Below, piece by piece: positions 41,576-56,307 of a stretch of DNA of 64,000 nucleotides; within the stretch, counting starts at the first letter, position 1; each line of letters opens with the position of its first letter. A program made the translations under genes and the position numbers. The stretch spans positions 37,253,357-37,317,356 of the forward strand of contig NC_068995.1 in assembly GCF_001194135.2 (NCBI RefSeq), in the 5' to 3' direction. Under the pieces are notes generated by a model that was not told the DNA's origin, ran no database searches, and saw only the letters and a program-made list of their open reading frames with translations. Source of the DNA: Octopus bimaculoides. Taxonomy: Eukaryota.

Positions 41576-42396
41576 CATATACATACATATATGTGTGTGC
41601 GCGTGTGAGATGTGCATATGATTGATAAATATTCGTAGAAATATATATGCATGGCAAAATATAAAAATATATCAAAGCTTAGTGTTGATTCATTTTCTTT
41701 TTAGATAGCAAGAACAATTTTTTTAAAATCGAAATATATTTTCAATTTACTTTCAAGACATGTTGGCTTTCTTTTTTCAAAAGAGAAGATGAATAAATGG
41801 ATATACATATAAAATGAATACCGACTTACTTTTCAACCTATACATTATAAATTCAGATTAATAACATGTCTTTTTTTTCTAAGTGAAATGCATTTCGATT
41901 ATTTTCTGTGCATATATATGTATGAACGTGTCTGTGTATGTATGCGAGCTCTTTGCATATAGGACGTTCGTGATGTGAGTATTTATGTATTTTGGTTATT
42001 GCAGATAGCATCCTCAAAAGAATGTTAAATATTATATATAATCTTGGAATGCTTTTAAATATGAGAAATATTTTAGAGTACTAATATTAATAAGTACTTT
42101 CAAAGTTCGTGACAGGAGATTCTATTAGTTCTTAATTGCATTGGGTTTTGAATATATTTTCAACCCATTCCTTACTGGTCACTGAATACATTTTATCTTT
42201 TACTTCTTTCAGTCATTAGACTGCGGCCATGCTAGGGCAACGCCTTGACTTTTTAGTTGAATTGATTCTAGTACTAATTTTATTAAGCCGCTTAATTATT
42301 CTATCGGTCTCATTTGCCGAACCGCTAAGTTGTGGGGATGGAAACACACCAACAATGGTTATCAAGCCGTGGCGGACACACGCACTTACAGACACA

Positions 42397-42435
<39 letters not shown>

Positions 42436-42848
42436 ACATACACACACACACACACACACATACACACACACACACACACACACAGAGAAAAACATACATA
42501 GACATACATTCATACATGCATACATACACATACATACATATAGACACACACTCCCACATATATATAGCCCAGTCCTGGCTAAGAAGGNNNNNNNNNNNNN
42601 NNNNNNNNNNNNNNNNNNNNNNNNNNNNNNNNNNNNNNNNNNNNNNNNNNNNNNNNNNNNNNNNNNNNNNNNNNNNNNNNNNNNNNNNNNNNNNNNNNNN
42701 NNNNNNNNNNNNNNNNNNNNNNNNNNNNNNNNNNNNNNNNNNNNNNNNNNNNNNNNNNNNNNNNNNNNNNNNNNNNNNNNNNNNNNNNNNNNNNNNNNNN
42801 NNNNNNNNNNNNNNNNNNNNNNNNNNNNNNNNNNNNNNNNNNNNNNNN

Positions 42849-43174
42849 AAAGACCTGGAAATAGAGGTAACTCGAATGTGGAATCTAAAAACAGAAACAA
42901 TTCCTATCATAGTAGGTGCCTTAGGTAAAATAAAAAAAATATTCAGACAAATACATAACAAAAACACCAGGACTTACAAATATATATAACATACAGAAAA
43001 TTGCACTACTGGGCACTGCACACATCCTACGCAAAACACTTTCAATACAGTAACCATAAGAGCATCACAGCAAACCACAGCACATACCCAAGGCACACAG
43101 AGCTGCGCTCGGTAGTGAAGTGAAAGCACGTTATAAAAATAAAACTACTGAATAATAATAATAATAATAATAAT
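42849..43174 (+). mobile_element. R4/Dong-clade LINE 3' end with (TAA)n tail
   Basis: DLEIEVTRMWNLKTETIPIIVGALG...NIQKIALLGTAHILRKTLSIQ*, then a 3' UTR and (AAT)n at 43151-43174. The 5' part is in a gap. Confidence 0.85.
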
Positions 43175-43278
43175 AGTAACAGCAACAACAACAACAACAA
43201 CAACAACAGCCACAACAATAATAATAATAATATCGAAAAATACCTTAGAATGAGAACCGAGCTTCGAAATTTCTCCAA

Positions 43279-43324
43279 GACACCTGATGAAGGGTGGAGG
43301 GTACATCAGCCGAAACGTTGTGTT
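43279..43324 (+). ncRNA. Minimal type I hammerhead ribozyme motif in a Penelope-type terminal repeat (about 43240-43410)
   Basis: GACAC-CTGATGA-A-GGGTGG agggtaca TCAGCC-GAAAC-GTT-GTGTT: intact CUGAUGA and GAAA boxes, stem I GACAC/GTGTT, stem II with 5 of 6 pairs, palindromic loopless stem III AACGTT. Confidence 0.7.
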
Positions 43325-46219
43325 AACAACAAACAAGATAAGGACAAATATCCGTCAAATGCAAATAATGTAAATAATGTCCATAATTCCCCATCTCTTA
43401 AATATAGAACTATAAAAGAGTTTTTACGAAGTAAGAAAACTTCGAAACAAAAAAGAACATATCACAATTTGTAAGCTGTATCACCATAAGATACAATTTT
43501 TCTGACAATCAAGTTACTGGTACACTGCATTTCAGACTACCATAGGGACAAGTGGGCGTCACTAAATCAAGATATAGAACCTCGTCAATCTCGTCCGATG
43601 TTTTCATGTTTTGACGATATACTACTTCTAAAATGCAGAAACATACACATGCTGAGTTTCCACATAATTTCCGCCCACATCATTCCTCTCACAATGTTTG
43701 CGACCCAAAGACTGCAGTAGAAAATGCTTGCGCAATATAATACGTAGACCATCGCAGGATTTGAACGTAGAGATGTATTAACCAAAACAAAGACAAGTTA
43801 TTCGGCTTGACATTATTATATTTCCACTAAACCACCATCCAAGATTGACAAATTTCTTTTTCTATTGTGCCTCGAAAGGAGTATTGGCAAAGTTAATCGC
43901 GGCAGGATTTGAGTTCAAAGTTCAAAGAGATGGAATAAATATCTCTAGGTAATTAATCTGACGGTTTACAACTCTATTATTTCCCTATTTTAAATACACA
44001 CCTTCATGTCCAGTTCCATATATTTTCCTGGTTTTGAAAGGACATTTCACATTAATAACAAAAAACAAACAAACTAAAACAACCCCCACCCCAAAACAAC
44101 GTATACCCTTCAAGTTTTGTGTTATTGTGAAATCTGAGAAAATCAAACCTCGACTTACGGCACACCAACTGAACATTGAACATTTCAAGTTACAGCTATA
44201 GTTATCATTGTTATTAAAAACATTTTCAAACTTAAAATTAAGACTTAAAATTTACTTCAAAATGCCCTCAATTCTCTTTGTTTTACATATTTATATAGCG
44301 ACGTTACTTTTCCCTTATGAAGTAAATCTTTGTAGAATACTGTAAGGTAGTGGATTGAAAGTTAATTTTATGTCAACAACCCTGTTTCCTAGTTTTATTT
44401 CCCAAGAGACAAAAAGTCGAACCTCATTTAATAACATAACAAATCAATAATCAAATCGACCTTTCTTTCGTCATGCCTTTACATTCAGGATTGGTTCTTA
44501 AACAAGAGAAAAAGAAAAGTAGGAAGTTCATGCTTTATGATGAATATAAAGTATTGCTAATTTCAGGAGACACCTGCGGTTCGTTGGCTGAGAAGGCGCC
44601 ATCTTATCTATTCAAAGCTTTACTATCAGAGAAACTATTCATTGATTTTTCTGTTACTTTTGCACGTTTTCTAATAATTTCAATGTAGTCCAATTCGTGT
44701 TCGCTTGGCATATTTCCGTCTTAATAATTCAAGAAAATTAGAGTCAACACATTTGTATTATCTGCACATTAACATCTATTATATTGGTAATCAGCCAGTT
44801 TCCACTTAAATTGAGGGCAAAATAATTTTATTAATATTTCGTGAGTAGCAGTCTAAAGTTGAATCTTGTATTATTAAACAAGTTTTGGAAAAAATTTGTC
44901 AGAAGAGAAATAAAAGGAAATTATTTGCATGAAAGACGGAGAAAATTGCACATCAGCAAATTTATTTTTAATCAAATGCAGGTATAAAATTAAGGGGATT
45001 TTCGTAACTCCATAACTAGAAAAGTGGGTGACATTTCGCATAGCGTAAAGCAGGCCGAGATTATAGGCTTCGAGAAACGGGCTGCATGAGACATTGTTAA
45101 TAATCAGACGGGTTGCCCTTCTAAAAATTATCAAACAATTTTTCAATAGGTGTGCCATTCAAAGAGTGTCAGGGACTCCATGATACTTCAATTTAGATTT
45201 CTCTAAAGAGTCAGTTATCCAACCAGAATGCTCAAAGTTGCACTCTCTTTTAGAAAAGTATTTTAAAAAAGTTTTACGAGAGCCTTTTTGCAATTTTCTT
45301 TCAAGAAATTAGATCATCAGAAACATTTCTGCCAAAATATTTACAAGAAAACATTTGTACAATTGTAGAATCTAGTTGAAGAGCATAGCCTTGATTATTA
45401 AATGCTTAAATGAACTCGTGCATCAGCTTAGAAGTAGGAATTTACGGCTGTATCCATCTATCTATTAATCTGTTGCTGGAAAATGTGTCCGATGTCCATC
45501 AATTTATATCCGCCATTATAAGCAACATATGTTTCGTTTTGTCATGAACAAAAACAAACGAATATACTAAGATGATAAAATCGAAGGACAGCAAAACCTT
45601 CCAGAGAATCTAATACTTCACAAGCATACTCAAGTATATTCAAGAACAAATAAACGAACATGCCATTCAAAGAATCGGTGTGAAATACAAAGGGTAGATC
45701 AAGGCACAAAGGAACTTGGTCAAAACTTTACTTTCAGTTGAATAGGTAGACTGTTCCTTTTTGCCATGTTAAAGCTGTTGTATCATAGTTAATAGTTAAT
45801 GAGCCATTAAAAAGCATACCTTTTACTGTTAAAACTTGTTAAAGCCAAATAAGATCATAATTTTGTTAGTCGATTGAATTAAATGCATTTAAAAGCCTGG
45901 TATTATTTCATCGACCATACATTTATTGAAGTTAAAGATATCAGGAACAGGATTGCAGATTTAAACACAAAAGTACCAAATTAAATAAAGAGCCTCAGTG
46001 CAATGGCCTGCTTAATCTATATCTACCCCACCACTTTATAGATATATCAGATTGTATTTCTGTGTTTGACATTTTATCATTTAATAAAACCATTTTTAGA
46101 TATATCACATTGTTATAAGCTAGGATATCTGCACCATGCTAATTTATACTCTCTATATAGAAAAAAATGTGTCCATCCTGAGTAACTTTTTTTCTGGGTA
46201 TACAACATATTTATCTTAC

Positions 46220-46318
46220 CTCGGAAATTTCCAGAGTCATCGGCAGATTTATGAAGAATGGCGGATCATTGATTTCTGTAACGTTGACGAAGATTTGGAG
46301 AGTTATATTGAAAACATG
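46220..46318 (-). CDS. Cadherin exon 3 (99 nt, phase 0/0)
   Basis: Acceptor ctttctctttttttaaag, donor gtaaga. Encodes HVFNITLQIFVNVTEINDPPFFINLPMTLEISE, an EC1-EC2 type linker. Confidence 0.9.
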
Positions 46319-46728
46319 CTTTAAAAAAAGAGAAAGATATATATATCATTTAGTAATTCATTTCTTGAATATAAACAATCATCTTTTGTGAGAAGAAATA
46401 TTTCTTATCAGATATATCATAAAATTTTAACGATTACTATTTAATGCTAGAAATTTAAATCGGTATGAAAATACTGCAAAGATATTTTATTCCACTCTCA
46501 ACTATTCATACTTCTTTGAACATGAAAAACATCATTTTGTGTCATGGAAGAAAGTGAGACAATACTAAATGACTGTAGTGTATTATTTAATTTTCAACAA
46601 ATTTGCTCTAATTCACTGCCATGATATACTAAATCAATCCGTCCGTCCGTCCATCCATCCATCCACCCATGCATCCATCCGTCCGTCCGTACAGATATAC
46701 ATACGTACATAAATGCATAAATAAGGAA

Positions 46729-46766
<38 letters not shown>

Positions 46767-47341
46767 CCTATGCGTTTTGTATGTACACTCACACACACAC
46801 ATATATATTAACGCCTACGCACGCAAAATTAAAGTGCTGAATAAAGTATTCTAAGGAAAAAATATTTTAATCTGCTTTAAAATATAAACCAAGTGGTTAC
46901 ATCACAGATGATATCTTTTTGTATGAAAAATGCTTTCCCCTTTTGTCTTACCAGACAATCACGAAGACAAGTAAACCCATCTTCTTTTCACAGACAGACT
47001 ATTAGCTCATGTTTTTTGTGCAGTGTATATAAACATGATTAGTGTTAAATTTGTCTCGCTTGCATAATAGTAAAAACATGGATTATTAAGGAATTAATTA
47101 ACAGCGTATAACATATCAATTTTTGGATTATTTAAAATGTCAAGTATACATTTTATGAGACAAATAGTCTAGCTATACTCTGCAAAGTAGATTGAATGTT
47201 TACACAACGTGTTCTTATAATTCGTTGAGAGAATACACATTCTCATTTATTTAAAATTTTCTCATAGTTTTTTTGTGTGAACGGGTATCATCTTCTGTCT
47301 ACAGAGTAAGAAAAACCTTATAGTTATTCATAGTCTCTCTC

Positions 47342-47790
47342 TCCCTTCTTCAGCGTACGACAATCGCCGACCTTCGATGCAAAAGATATTCCTTGGCAAA
47401 TATATATAACTTTTTCCAGTGACATTATTCACTGATATCGAAAAAGTGAAAACAAGCAATGTTAAATCTCTGAACGAGGTATTAACAGTAACTGCACGAT
47501 AAAGTGAAGTATATTTGCCACTTAAATGTGGCTGACCCCGAGGGGTGGATGTTACTGTTGCTTTTAGCCCCAGGAGGACATCTCCTCCAGCTGGCTATCG
47601 ACACACATCTGTGTCCTGTCTGTATTTGCCAAGGGAAGTTATCTTTCCCATCTTGATCTACGATACGTACGTACTCGAGTTTCAGGGTTATTTCCCTTCT
47701 TTAGCGTACGACAATCGCCGACCTTCGATGCAAAAGATATTCCTTGGCAAATATATATAACTTTTTCCAGCAACAGTAACATCCACCCCT
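47342..47790. repeat. 78-bp direct duplication plus 20-bp perfect inverted repeat
   Basis: 47342-47419 matches 47693-47770 with 1 mismatch. AGGGGTGGATGTTACTGTTG (47541-47560) is the reverse complement of 47771-47790. Confidence 0.92.
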
Positions 47791-48657
47791 GAAGTCACTC
47801 AGATAATGACCTTTCTGTTTATGGACTCTACTTCACTGCTTAACCTTCACCTGCAAACACACAAAAGACCCACCCTCATTTATGACCTTCTCCCGGCGTG
47901 TCTGTGTTTGAAGTTACTACAATTCGAAAGGAATACTAACGTCTTCGATTTCATTCTATCTGTAGAACAAATCAATCAACTAGTTGGAAAACCCCCCACA
48001 TCAAATCAAATATTCAATTATTTCATTCTGCAATATTATGAATTCAATCAAGATAATTCAAATTCAATTGCTCGACCGTATCTCCATCAGTTAATCACGT
48101 GTTTCTTGCACCTCAGCTTTCAGTATGAGCTAATCAATTATTGTCTTTGCAAGTGTGATATATCAAATGGAACATATTTAGAATGTAGTCAACTGCCTTT
48201 AGTAATTAACTTGGTATTCAAGTTCAACTCTTTACAAAAAGAAATAATTCAGTTATCATAGGCATTATGACATTCTCTTCAAACTTAACTCCACCCGTCT
48301 TTCTTAACAAATATACGCACACAAACACACATTGTAAATAGACACATTAGCCATCTTAAATGCACGCGTATATATTTTTATGTCCGTATATAAGTATATA
48401 TAAAATACACACAGTCATGCATAGACAGAAAAGAAATACTACTGTATATAAAATGTAAGCGATTGTGAAATAGAACTTTTGGCACATGAACACATATGAA
48501 CACACGCACGAAAACACATGTATATAAGGACACCATAAGACAAAACTACATATTACAACAAAATGGAAAGTAAATTCTTTCCTTGGATAGGAAAAAATTC
48601 TATTCGAAATTCTTATAAGACTAACATTTACAAATGGATTTATAATATATATATATA

Positions 48658-48737
<80 letters not shown>

Positions 48738-48783
48738 ACTTCGTTATGCAAAAAATTATCAGAAAAAATATCAGTGTACTTAC

Positions 48784-48837
48784 ATTGTATGATTTAAGAA
48801 CATGAATACATATACCGGTCAGAGAGAGGACAGATCT
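48784..48837 (-). CDS. Cadherin exon 2 (54 nt, phase 0/0)
   Basis: Acceptor catcttttctaattccag, donor gtaagt. Encodes RSVLSLTGICIHVLKSYN, which supplies the otherwise missing F strand between exons 1 and 3. Short, so less certain. Confidence 0.72.
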
Positions 48838-51800
48838 CTGGAATTAGAAAAGATGGAAATGTGAATAAATTTCGCTAACAATAGTATTCATTAGGGCTGG
48901 GTTATTACGAGTGAAAGTTGGTGTCATACAGATAAAATTAAGTTTACATAAAGATCGACAAGAATGTGTGTGTGTATATATACATACATACATACATACA
49001 TATATATATGTATATATTAAGATATACATATATGTATGTGCATACACACAGACACACGCATGCACGTACACATACACACATACACACACACACATAAAAA
49101 GAGAGATGGACAGGCAGAGAGACAGAGAGACAGAGTTCAAGAGAGTGTGAGAAAAATCATTTGTGGATTTCAAATTTAGCCATGTATGTAACCCATAGTA
49201 ACAGTTTGTGTCGCTAAATATAATATTGTGATCTGTCCAATTAGCTATGATAGTAGAGGACTTGACTAGCACCGAGATATACTCAAGATTTATATCTTCT
49301 CGTTGGTGCTGTGGTTCAGTCACATCCAGCATGCCTACCTTAGCAGTGGTGTGAAACCAACAGCCAGGCAAATGAAAATATTACCACAAACTGTTCGTAA
49401 AAGAATGTGTGTGAATTGCATATACAACTAAATTAGAAAATACCTGATTCGATTATACAGGGCCACGAGGGAGTCTGAAATTAAAAATTTTTTTAATAAT
49501 TTTGGACTAGGTAGTGGTTAAATGTTTTGGATCAAAAATATCATCATAGCATGATGTCTTATGGATTCATAACGATTCCATTATAGCTCTTAGAACAATT
49601 GGTTCATTCTGAGTTGTAGGTATGATATTGTTTTCAAATTTTGGCGTAGAGCCAGCAATTTCTAGAGACGGGATAAGTCGATTATATCGACCCCAGTGCT
49701 TAGCTGGTACTTATTTTATCGACTCCGATAGGATGAAAGCATCGACCTCGAGGGAATTTGAATTCAGTACATAAAGACGGACGAAATGCTGCTCGAGGTT
49801 TTGCCCGGCGTGTCAACGGTTCTACCAGCTCACCGCCCTCATTTTTAGGTATTATATTCAACCCAATTTAATACCACAACCTGAACATTGAGTGCATTTA
49901 GTAGAGATTACTCAGTTTTACTATGTATCAGGTCACTTCAGAAATTAACTACTACTCTTAATAATGTAAACCAGTACTTCCTATATCATGAGCGAGCATT
50001 TAGTGACAAAGTCACAACACTACATAAGGTTTCTCCCTGCTCTGTGCAAGTTAGATGGAAAACCTGACAGGACAAAAACCAATACCTGTCTAATGATCTC
50101 AACTAGAAATCAAAGGTCAGCCATCAAACCTAATAAGGGAATGGTCCGCATCAAGTTATTCGAGCGTAAAACTTGCGCCTGAGTATCTCAGACTATCTGA
50201 TCTTGTATTTCCACTGGCACAGAAATAAAAGGAGGGGGAACACCTTTGATAAGATCAAAGCCCCTCCATGATGGTTTAAATTAACCCTGGGTGAGATTAT
50301 CATCAACTCATCTTTCGCATTGTTTGAAGTGATAGATATATGCATACAAGCATTCAGAGCAGACTCCTTTTCATTCTCCACTCGTGTCTTTCGGACCGTC
50401 ATTGGGTATCTTATAAAAGGACAAAATATAACATTGGAAACTCTTTTAAATAAAAACATAAACAAGCTTGTATGAAGAACTCGTTAGATGGAATGTCATT
50501 TTTAGTGAGTTACTGGCCTTTCTGAGGAGAGGAATCGCTGGCAAAAGTAACCTGATCAGAGTCAAATGTACACTACATTAAAGGCTGCCTCTTATTGTAT
50601 GGAAGATGTCCCAGAAAATTGAGGCTGAACGTCAACTAAATCAGGGCCTCAAAGTTCATTGATGCTGACTCTCCTCTTGACTGTTTGAAAAGATGTATTT
50701 ATCATGTAGTAAAATTGCTCACAATTCTAATTACCAGAAGCACCATAACTTCAAATTTTGTTGATTCGATTAGTAATTCGTGTTTACTGCTAGATGCAAT
50801 AATGCTTTGATTGTAGCCAATTACGTAAGTGATTTGTTTGTAGCGCTATAGTCATATCTATCTCAACCACCACATCGGTGTAGCCAGACAAATGAATAAG
50901 GCATTGGTTACTTAATATTTCATGTATAATGTATATTTCATGTGTCATAATGGCAGAGAATATAGCTTACTGAACATGGAAAAAAAAGCTTTTGGTCTTC
51001 AGTTTCGACGAAATACATACAGGAAATATACGCTTCCAATTAGCTTCATACTTCCCCTGCATTCATAGTCCTTGTATGTACGCGCGCGTAGACAAAGAAG
51101 GAAATGAAAAAATGGCGGAGAATTTTAGAATTTTATTATCTTATTATAAATATATTTGTTTTAAGGTAATTCCTCTGATCCCTTGCAACTGAATCCATCA
51201 TCTGACTTTTGGCTAGGAAATCAAGAGAACGGACTTGGCTGTAATGCACTTATGAATTTATTTTGCGTTAATGAAAATGAAAAAAAAACCACAAAGAAAT
51301 AAAACATAAAACAAGCAAAAAAAATGGATTCCTCACTGATTACGTCGACAGCGTTCTAATGCATGAACCATCTGAATATAGCTTTAAACGGAATCTTTGG
51401 CATAGAAATTATTGATAAACCAAATTTTATGAAAAATAATAATCTGAAGTGTGCAATTTTTATGGTTATTTGATCGTAATTCTTATGGTCAATTGAACAA
51501 ATTCTTCTCCTATCATTTTCCTCACCAATATATTTGATATTTGTAAATGATAATGTATATTTCTGATAATAAATGATTCTGATTGCCTTATTGCATATCA
51601 ATATCGAACTATCTAAAATTACTCATTCATAAGTCTCTTCTACTTATGATTGGAAGCCACCCTTTATTTTACACAGGTCATAACGAGAACACCCCATCGC
51701 CAATATCTTGCGCCTTCTCACCTCGTCATCCTCTCTCGAAACCGTCATCAGCTTCCAACTCATTATGAAACTTTTCAGCAAAACTCTTGTAGCATATTTT

Positions 51801-52049
51801 TTCAAATTTTCACCTTAGATAAACTTAATATATTTTCTGCCATAATTCTTTCGAACATTTTGGCAAATTAGATCAATTTCCATTTCAGGAAAAAAATAAA
51901 GAAATGATAAGACTCACATGCGTACGACCAAATTAAATGAAGCATAGAGACCACACATACACACAAACAGACACAGACAGACACAGACACACACACAGAC
52001 ACACACAGAAACACAGAGACAGACAGACAAGCAGACAGACAGACAGACA

Positions 52050-52141
<92 letters not shown>

Positions 52142-53804
52142 GTCGTATTGTACAGTCACACTCACTCAAAGCAGCACAGAAACGGTTAATATAAATGTCT
52201 GTCATTACAACACATTTAATGCTTTTTCGGAAAGAATAATTATACGAAATTTTCTATCTTGTCATTCAAAACTTGTTTTATTTCGTATAGAATCTGCTGG
52301 TTGTCTCTTTTGTTTTTGTATGGGTTATATCATGAAACAAATTTAGCTGTTATTTTCAGCAGGTTGCCGTCACATAACTCCCCTCTTGGCGTTTGTTGTT
52401 GTTACAGTTCGGTTTCATGCCAGCCCTGAACGAGCCAACCTATCATCAAGCGCATTCCAAACGTGTTCCAGAACTATAAACGCATTTGTGTATCTAGAGG
52501 AGCAAAAGTTTCTAATATAGCTTCCATTTTTTAAAGGCGTTAGGATGCTATTCAACGCAAATTTCGAAGGAACGTGTTGAAATTCTCTCATTGGTGTATT
52601 TCTTATACATACCTACATTTACAAAGCTCCGTTCAAAATATTGAATCATATTCAATATATTGCATCATTTACAACAAACTTTCAAATAGCGAGCGAAAGA
52701 GGAGCCGCTATGAGTTCTGTCAAGTTACTAGAAATAGCATATAACACATAGTTGTGTTAATAAAGAAACAAACATTATGTAATCTAGTACTCGATACATT
52801 TTGACAAACTAAAATAAATACATACATAAATAAGAGAAAACTGTCGCTTTCTCTTTCTTTCTATCTTTCTATTAGTATTATTTCTTTCTTTTCGCTTTGT
52901 CGGATTAGGTTAAGCATCAACATTTCGCCAGAAATCCACCCTGGAAAGCTACAACTTCCATAAGTGAGATATGTTTTTATAACGAACTGAACACAATTTC
53001 ACCGGCAAGATATATAGTTCACAGTGTTACCAGAGCAACAGTTTATTTGATGGCAAATTAACGACTCAGAGGTGCTACATCGTGACAAACTTTTGTCATT
53101 TTTTTGTCAATGCTAATTACTGTATAAGAAGTAGGTGGGCAGCATAATTAGTAAAGGCATCCTTAGCATGAGGGAATAAATATTAATATGCAATCACAAA
53201 CAAGAATCACAAATCATCCCAATCAGTAACTATTTGGTTTGGTTCTGCTTACACTGTTGTGTAATATACCACCTACAGTAGAACTTTAAACATCTATTTG
53301 GATATAGATATCTTGCTAATTTCCAAAAACACTGACTCTAATTTCTATTTCTATTTCTATTCTATTTCTTAAAGAGATTACAGATCATCAACAATACACA
53401 CACTCACACATAGCAACTTATTTAGCAAACTGTAAATGAAGTAAATAGCGTCATATATTTATAACATAAGTACGGCAATGAATTCTTGTTAATTGTTGTT
53501 TTTACGTTGGTAACTAATAGTAATTAAATTGACCTCTAGTTTATTTAGCACGTGCCTAGAACTTCTCTTAGTAAATCCCAGAATAAAACACAGATGACTT
53601 GACTGCATAGGACTGGAACACAGGACACAGTGGGATGAACTAAACAGCTATTTCTACTTCTGTATCACTTTGTGATACATGTTCATTAAAAAACATATGT
53701 GGTTCACATACACATGAGGTATTGAATTGACATACGCTCCTACATGCACGGAACATACACACAAATACATACATTTCAATATACATCTTTGGGTGAGTGT
53801 GTGC

Positions 53805-53903
<99 letters not shown>

Positions 53904-56257
53904 TATACGTGTAAATGGCTGTATACATTGCGCGCATGCAAATCCTGGATGACATTATATGCCGTATTCATATAAAGAGTGAAATATTTAATAAGCCGTA
54001 TTCATATTTCTAAGATAATAAATATCAAATAATTATTCATATAATTTTCCTACCAAGCGTTAATTAACCAGCCTAGTTCTATGGACGGCAAAGCAAAGCG
54101 TCGACAGATATATTTGGTAGGCGAAAAAACTTTTCATGCCTTAATTTTTTTTCTTGATTGTTGCCGACATTGATTTGAATGCTCACAGAATTAGATATGA
54201 CATGACAAATAACGATGGCTTCTTCTGATCAGGCAGACGACTGATTTGCTTTGTATCTTTAGCATATATACTTACTGAGGACATGAAAGGCAAACATTGA
54301 TTTCTGCTAGGATTTCGACTTAGACAAAAGATGGACAAGGGTAAATACTTTTCGCCATAGAAACATCTACAGAAAGGACATGGTGGTTTTGTCTTGTGTG
54401 CAGGGCGTGTCCAACAACGGAAAATAAAAAAGTACTTCGTCTGTTTTGAAAATATGTTCTGATTCAATCGAAAATAAGAGTTATGTCCTTGTTGTGGAAC
54501 CCCTGGATAGATCTACCTGAGGAGATATAGGGGACATTTCAGATAAATGACTACACCATCCTCTATTCAGGTACAATGTACATAAAACTGAATTATAAAT
54601 GCGTAGTTCTTTTCGTGGGGCGGCAAAGTGAGACTTGCGTGTAGTTTTGCTGCTATCTTTGAAGACTGAGTGATTACGTAAAGGCTCCCTTGATATGATT
54701 CTTAAGTCACGTCTAGAAACAATGAAAATGTACACTGTCTATTTATGTTATTTATTTTAGGATCACCTTAATCAGTAGTCTCGCCCGTATGTTTTTGCTT
54801 CGCTAGATATTTTTCTTTGAGAACTATTCGGTGATCTTCTTCTAGCACATCAGCAGTCCACTTAGTGGTCTCTTTTATATATACATGTACAATAATCCTT
54901 TTGAGATCGCAGATAATTTTTTTCTGAATCTCCTGATTCTTTTAATGTGCTAGTTTCCTACCAAATTCAGTCGTTTACAGCGATCCCGGTGTTCATTTAG
55001 TACATATTTTATCAACCCCGAAAGGTTGAAAGGCAAAGTCGACCCCCGGCGACATTCGAACTGAAGACGTAAAAACGGACGAAATACCGTTAAGCGTTTT
55101 GTCCGGCTTGTTCACGATTCCTCCTATTCGTCGTCTAACACTGAGATAATATTCAAAATGTAAGGAGGCGGGTTGCTAGGAATGTTAGATCGTTAGGTTA
55201 AAAAAAAATACCTTGTGATCCTGTCGGGACCAGCTGTGCTTTTCATTATCCCGAGGTCAATTAAGTAAAGTTCCACTCACGTAAGGTAGTATACAATCGA
55301 CAATACCCATACCGAGGTCTAAGATGTGCCTATTTAAGAAGTAAACATTAGTAATTCGATCCATATAAGGTGTTCGTACAGGATCACCCAATCTGCTAGA
55401 AATATCAGCTAAATATTTGTCTCAAATCAGATATAATTTCGTTTAGGTCAATGAAGTAGTCAGAGATGTAAATACATTATAATACATAATCTGCTACTTA
55501 ATAATAGTACGTGATCTGTTTCATCAAAGCAAATGCGGAGCAAAAACAACACCAACAAAAACAACACCGTGAGATGTTTGAAAAATTAGAGCGATATTTA
55601 TTCTAATTTCCGTACTGAGTTCAAATCTCACCGAGGTCAAGTTTCCCTTCTGCTTTTCATACTGATAAAAGACAGTACCAGTCAAAAGCAGTACAATGGC
55701 GGAATTGTTAGAACGTTAGAAAGAGAGTTTTTTAGTATGTGACTTGTGTCTTTGACTTCTGAGTTTTTCGGGTAGTAAACTTAATCTGTTACACCGTTTA
55801 ACACTACCAGATGGTCCACGGTACTGAGTTCACCGTTGTAAGAATCGGGTTCCGAATACGATTTTGAGAGTAAGACTAACCTCCTCCTTTTCACACAAAT
55901 TTACGAGACACTGCAAAAATAAAGGACTATCGCCTATGACCTGTGCTCACAGGCGAAGATATCAAAGACAATATATTTGTAACCGATGTTACTATCTGCA
56001 TTATGGATCCGCTTCACAATCATTCTTTTATTCTTTTACATGTTTCAGTCACTTGACTGCAGACATGCTGGAGCACCGTCTTAAAGGGTTTTAGTAAAAA
56101 AAAAAAAAAATAGACCCCAGGACTTATTCTCTGTAAANNNNNNNNNNTAGATCCCAAGACTTATTCTCTGTAAACCTGGTGCTTATACTATCGTCCACTT
56201 TTGCCAGACCGGGAACGTAAACGCTCCAGCATCGGTTGTCAAGTGATGGTGGGACAT

Positions 56258-56307
<50 letters not shown>

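Noticed and set aside
54470-54590. Plus-strand word YVLVVEPLDRST resembling cadherin LDRE
   Set aside because: Wrong strand, immediately stopped, and it overlaps what looks like an RTE endonuclease remnant (GTFQINDYTILYSG).
55281-55329. 49-nt segment with good splice signals
   Set aside because: It would frameshift exon 1 to exon 2, and its donor lies in a SINE remnant.
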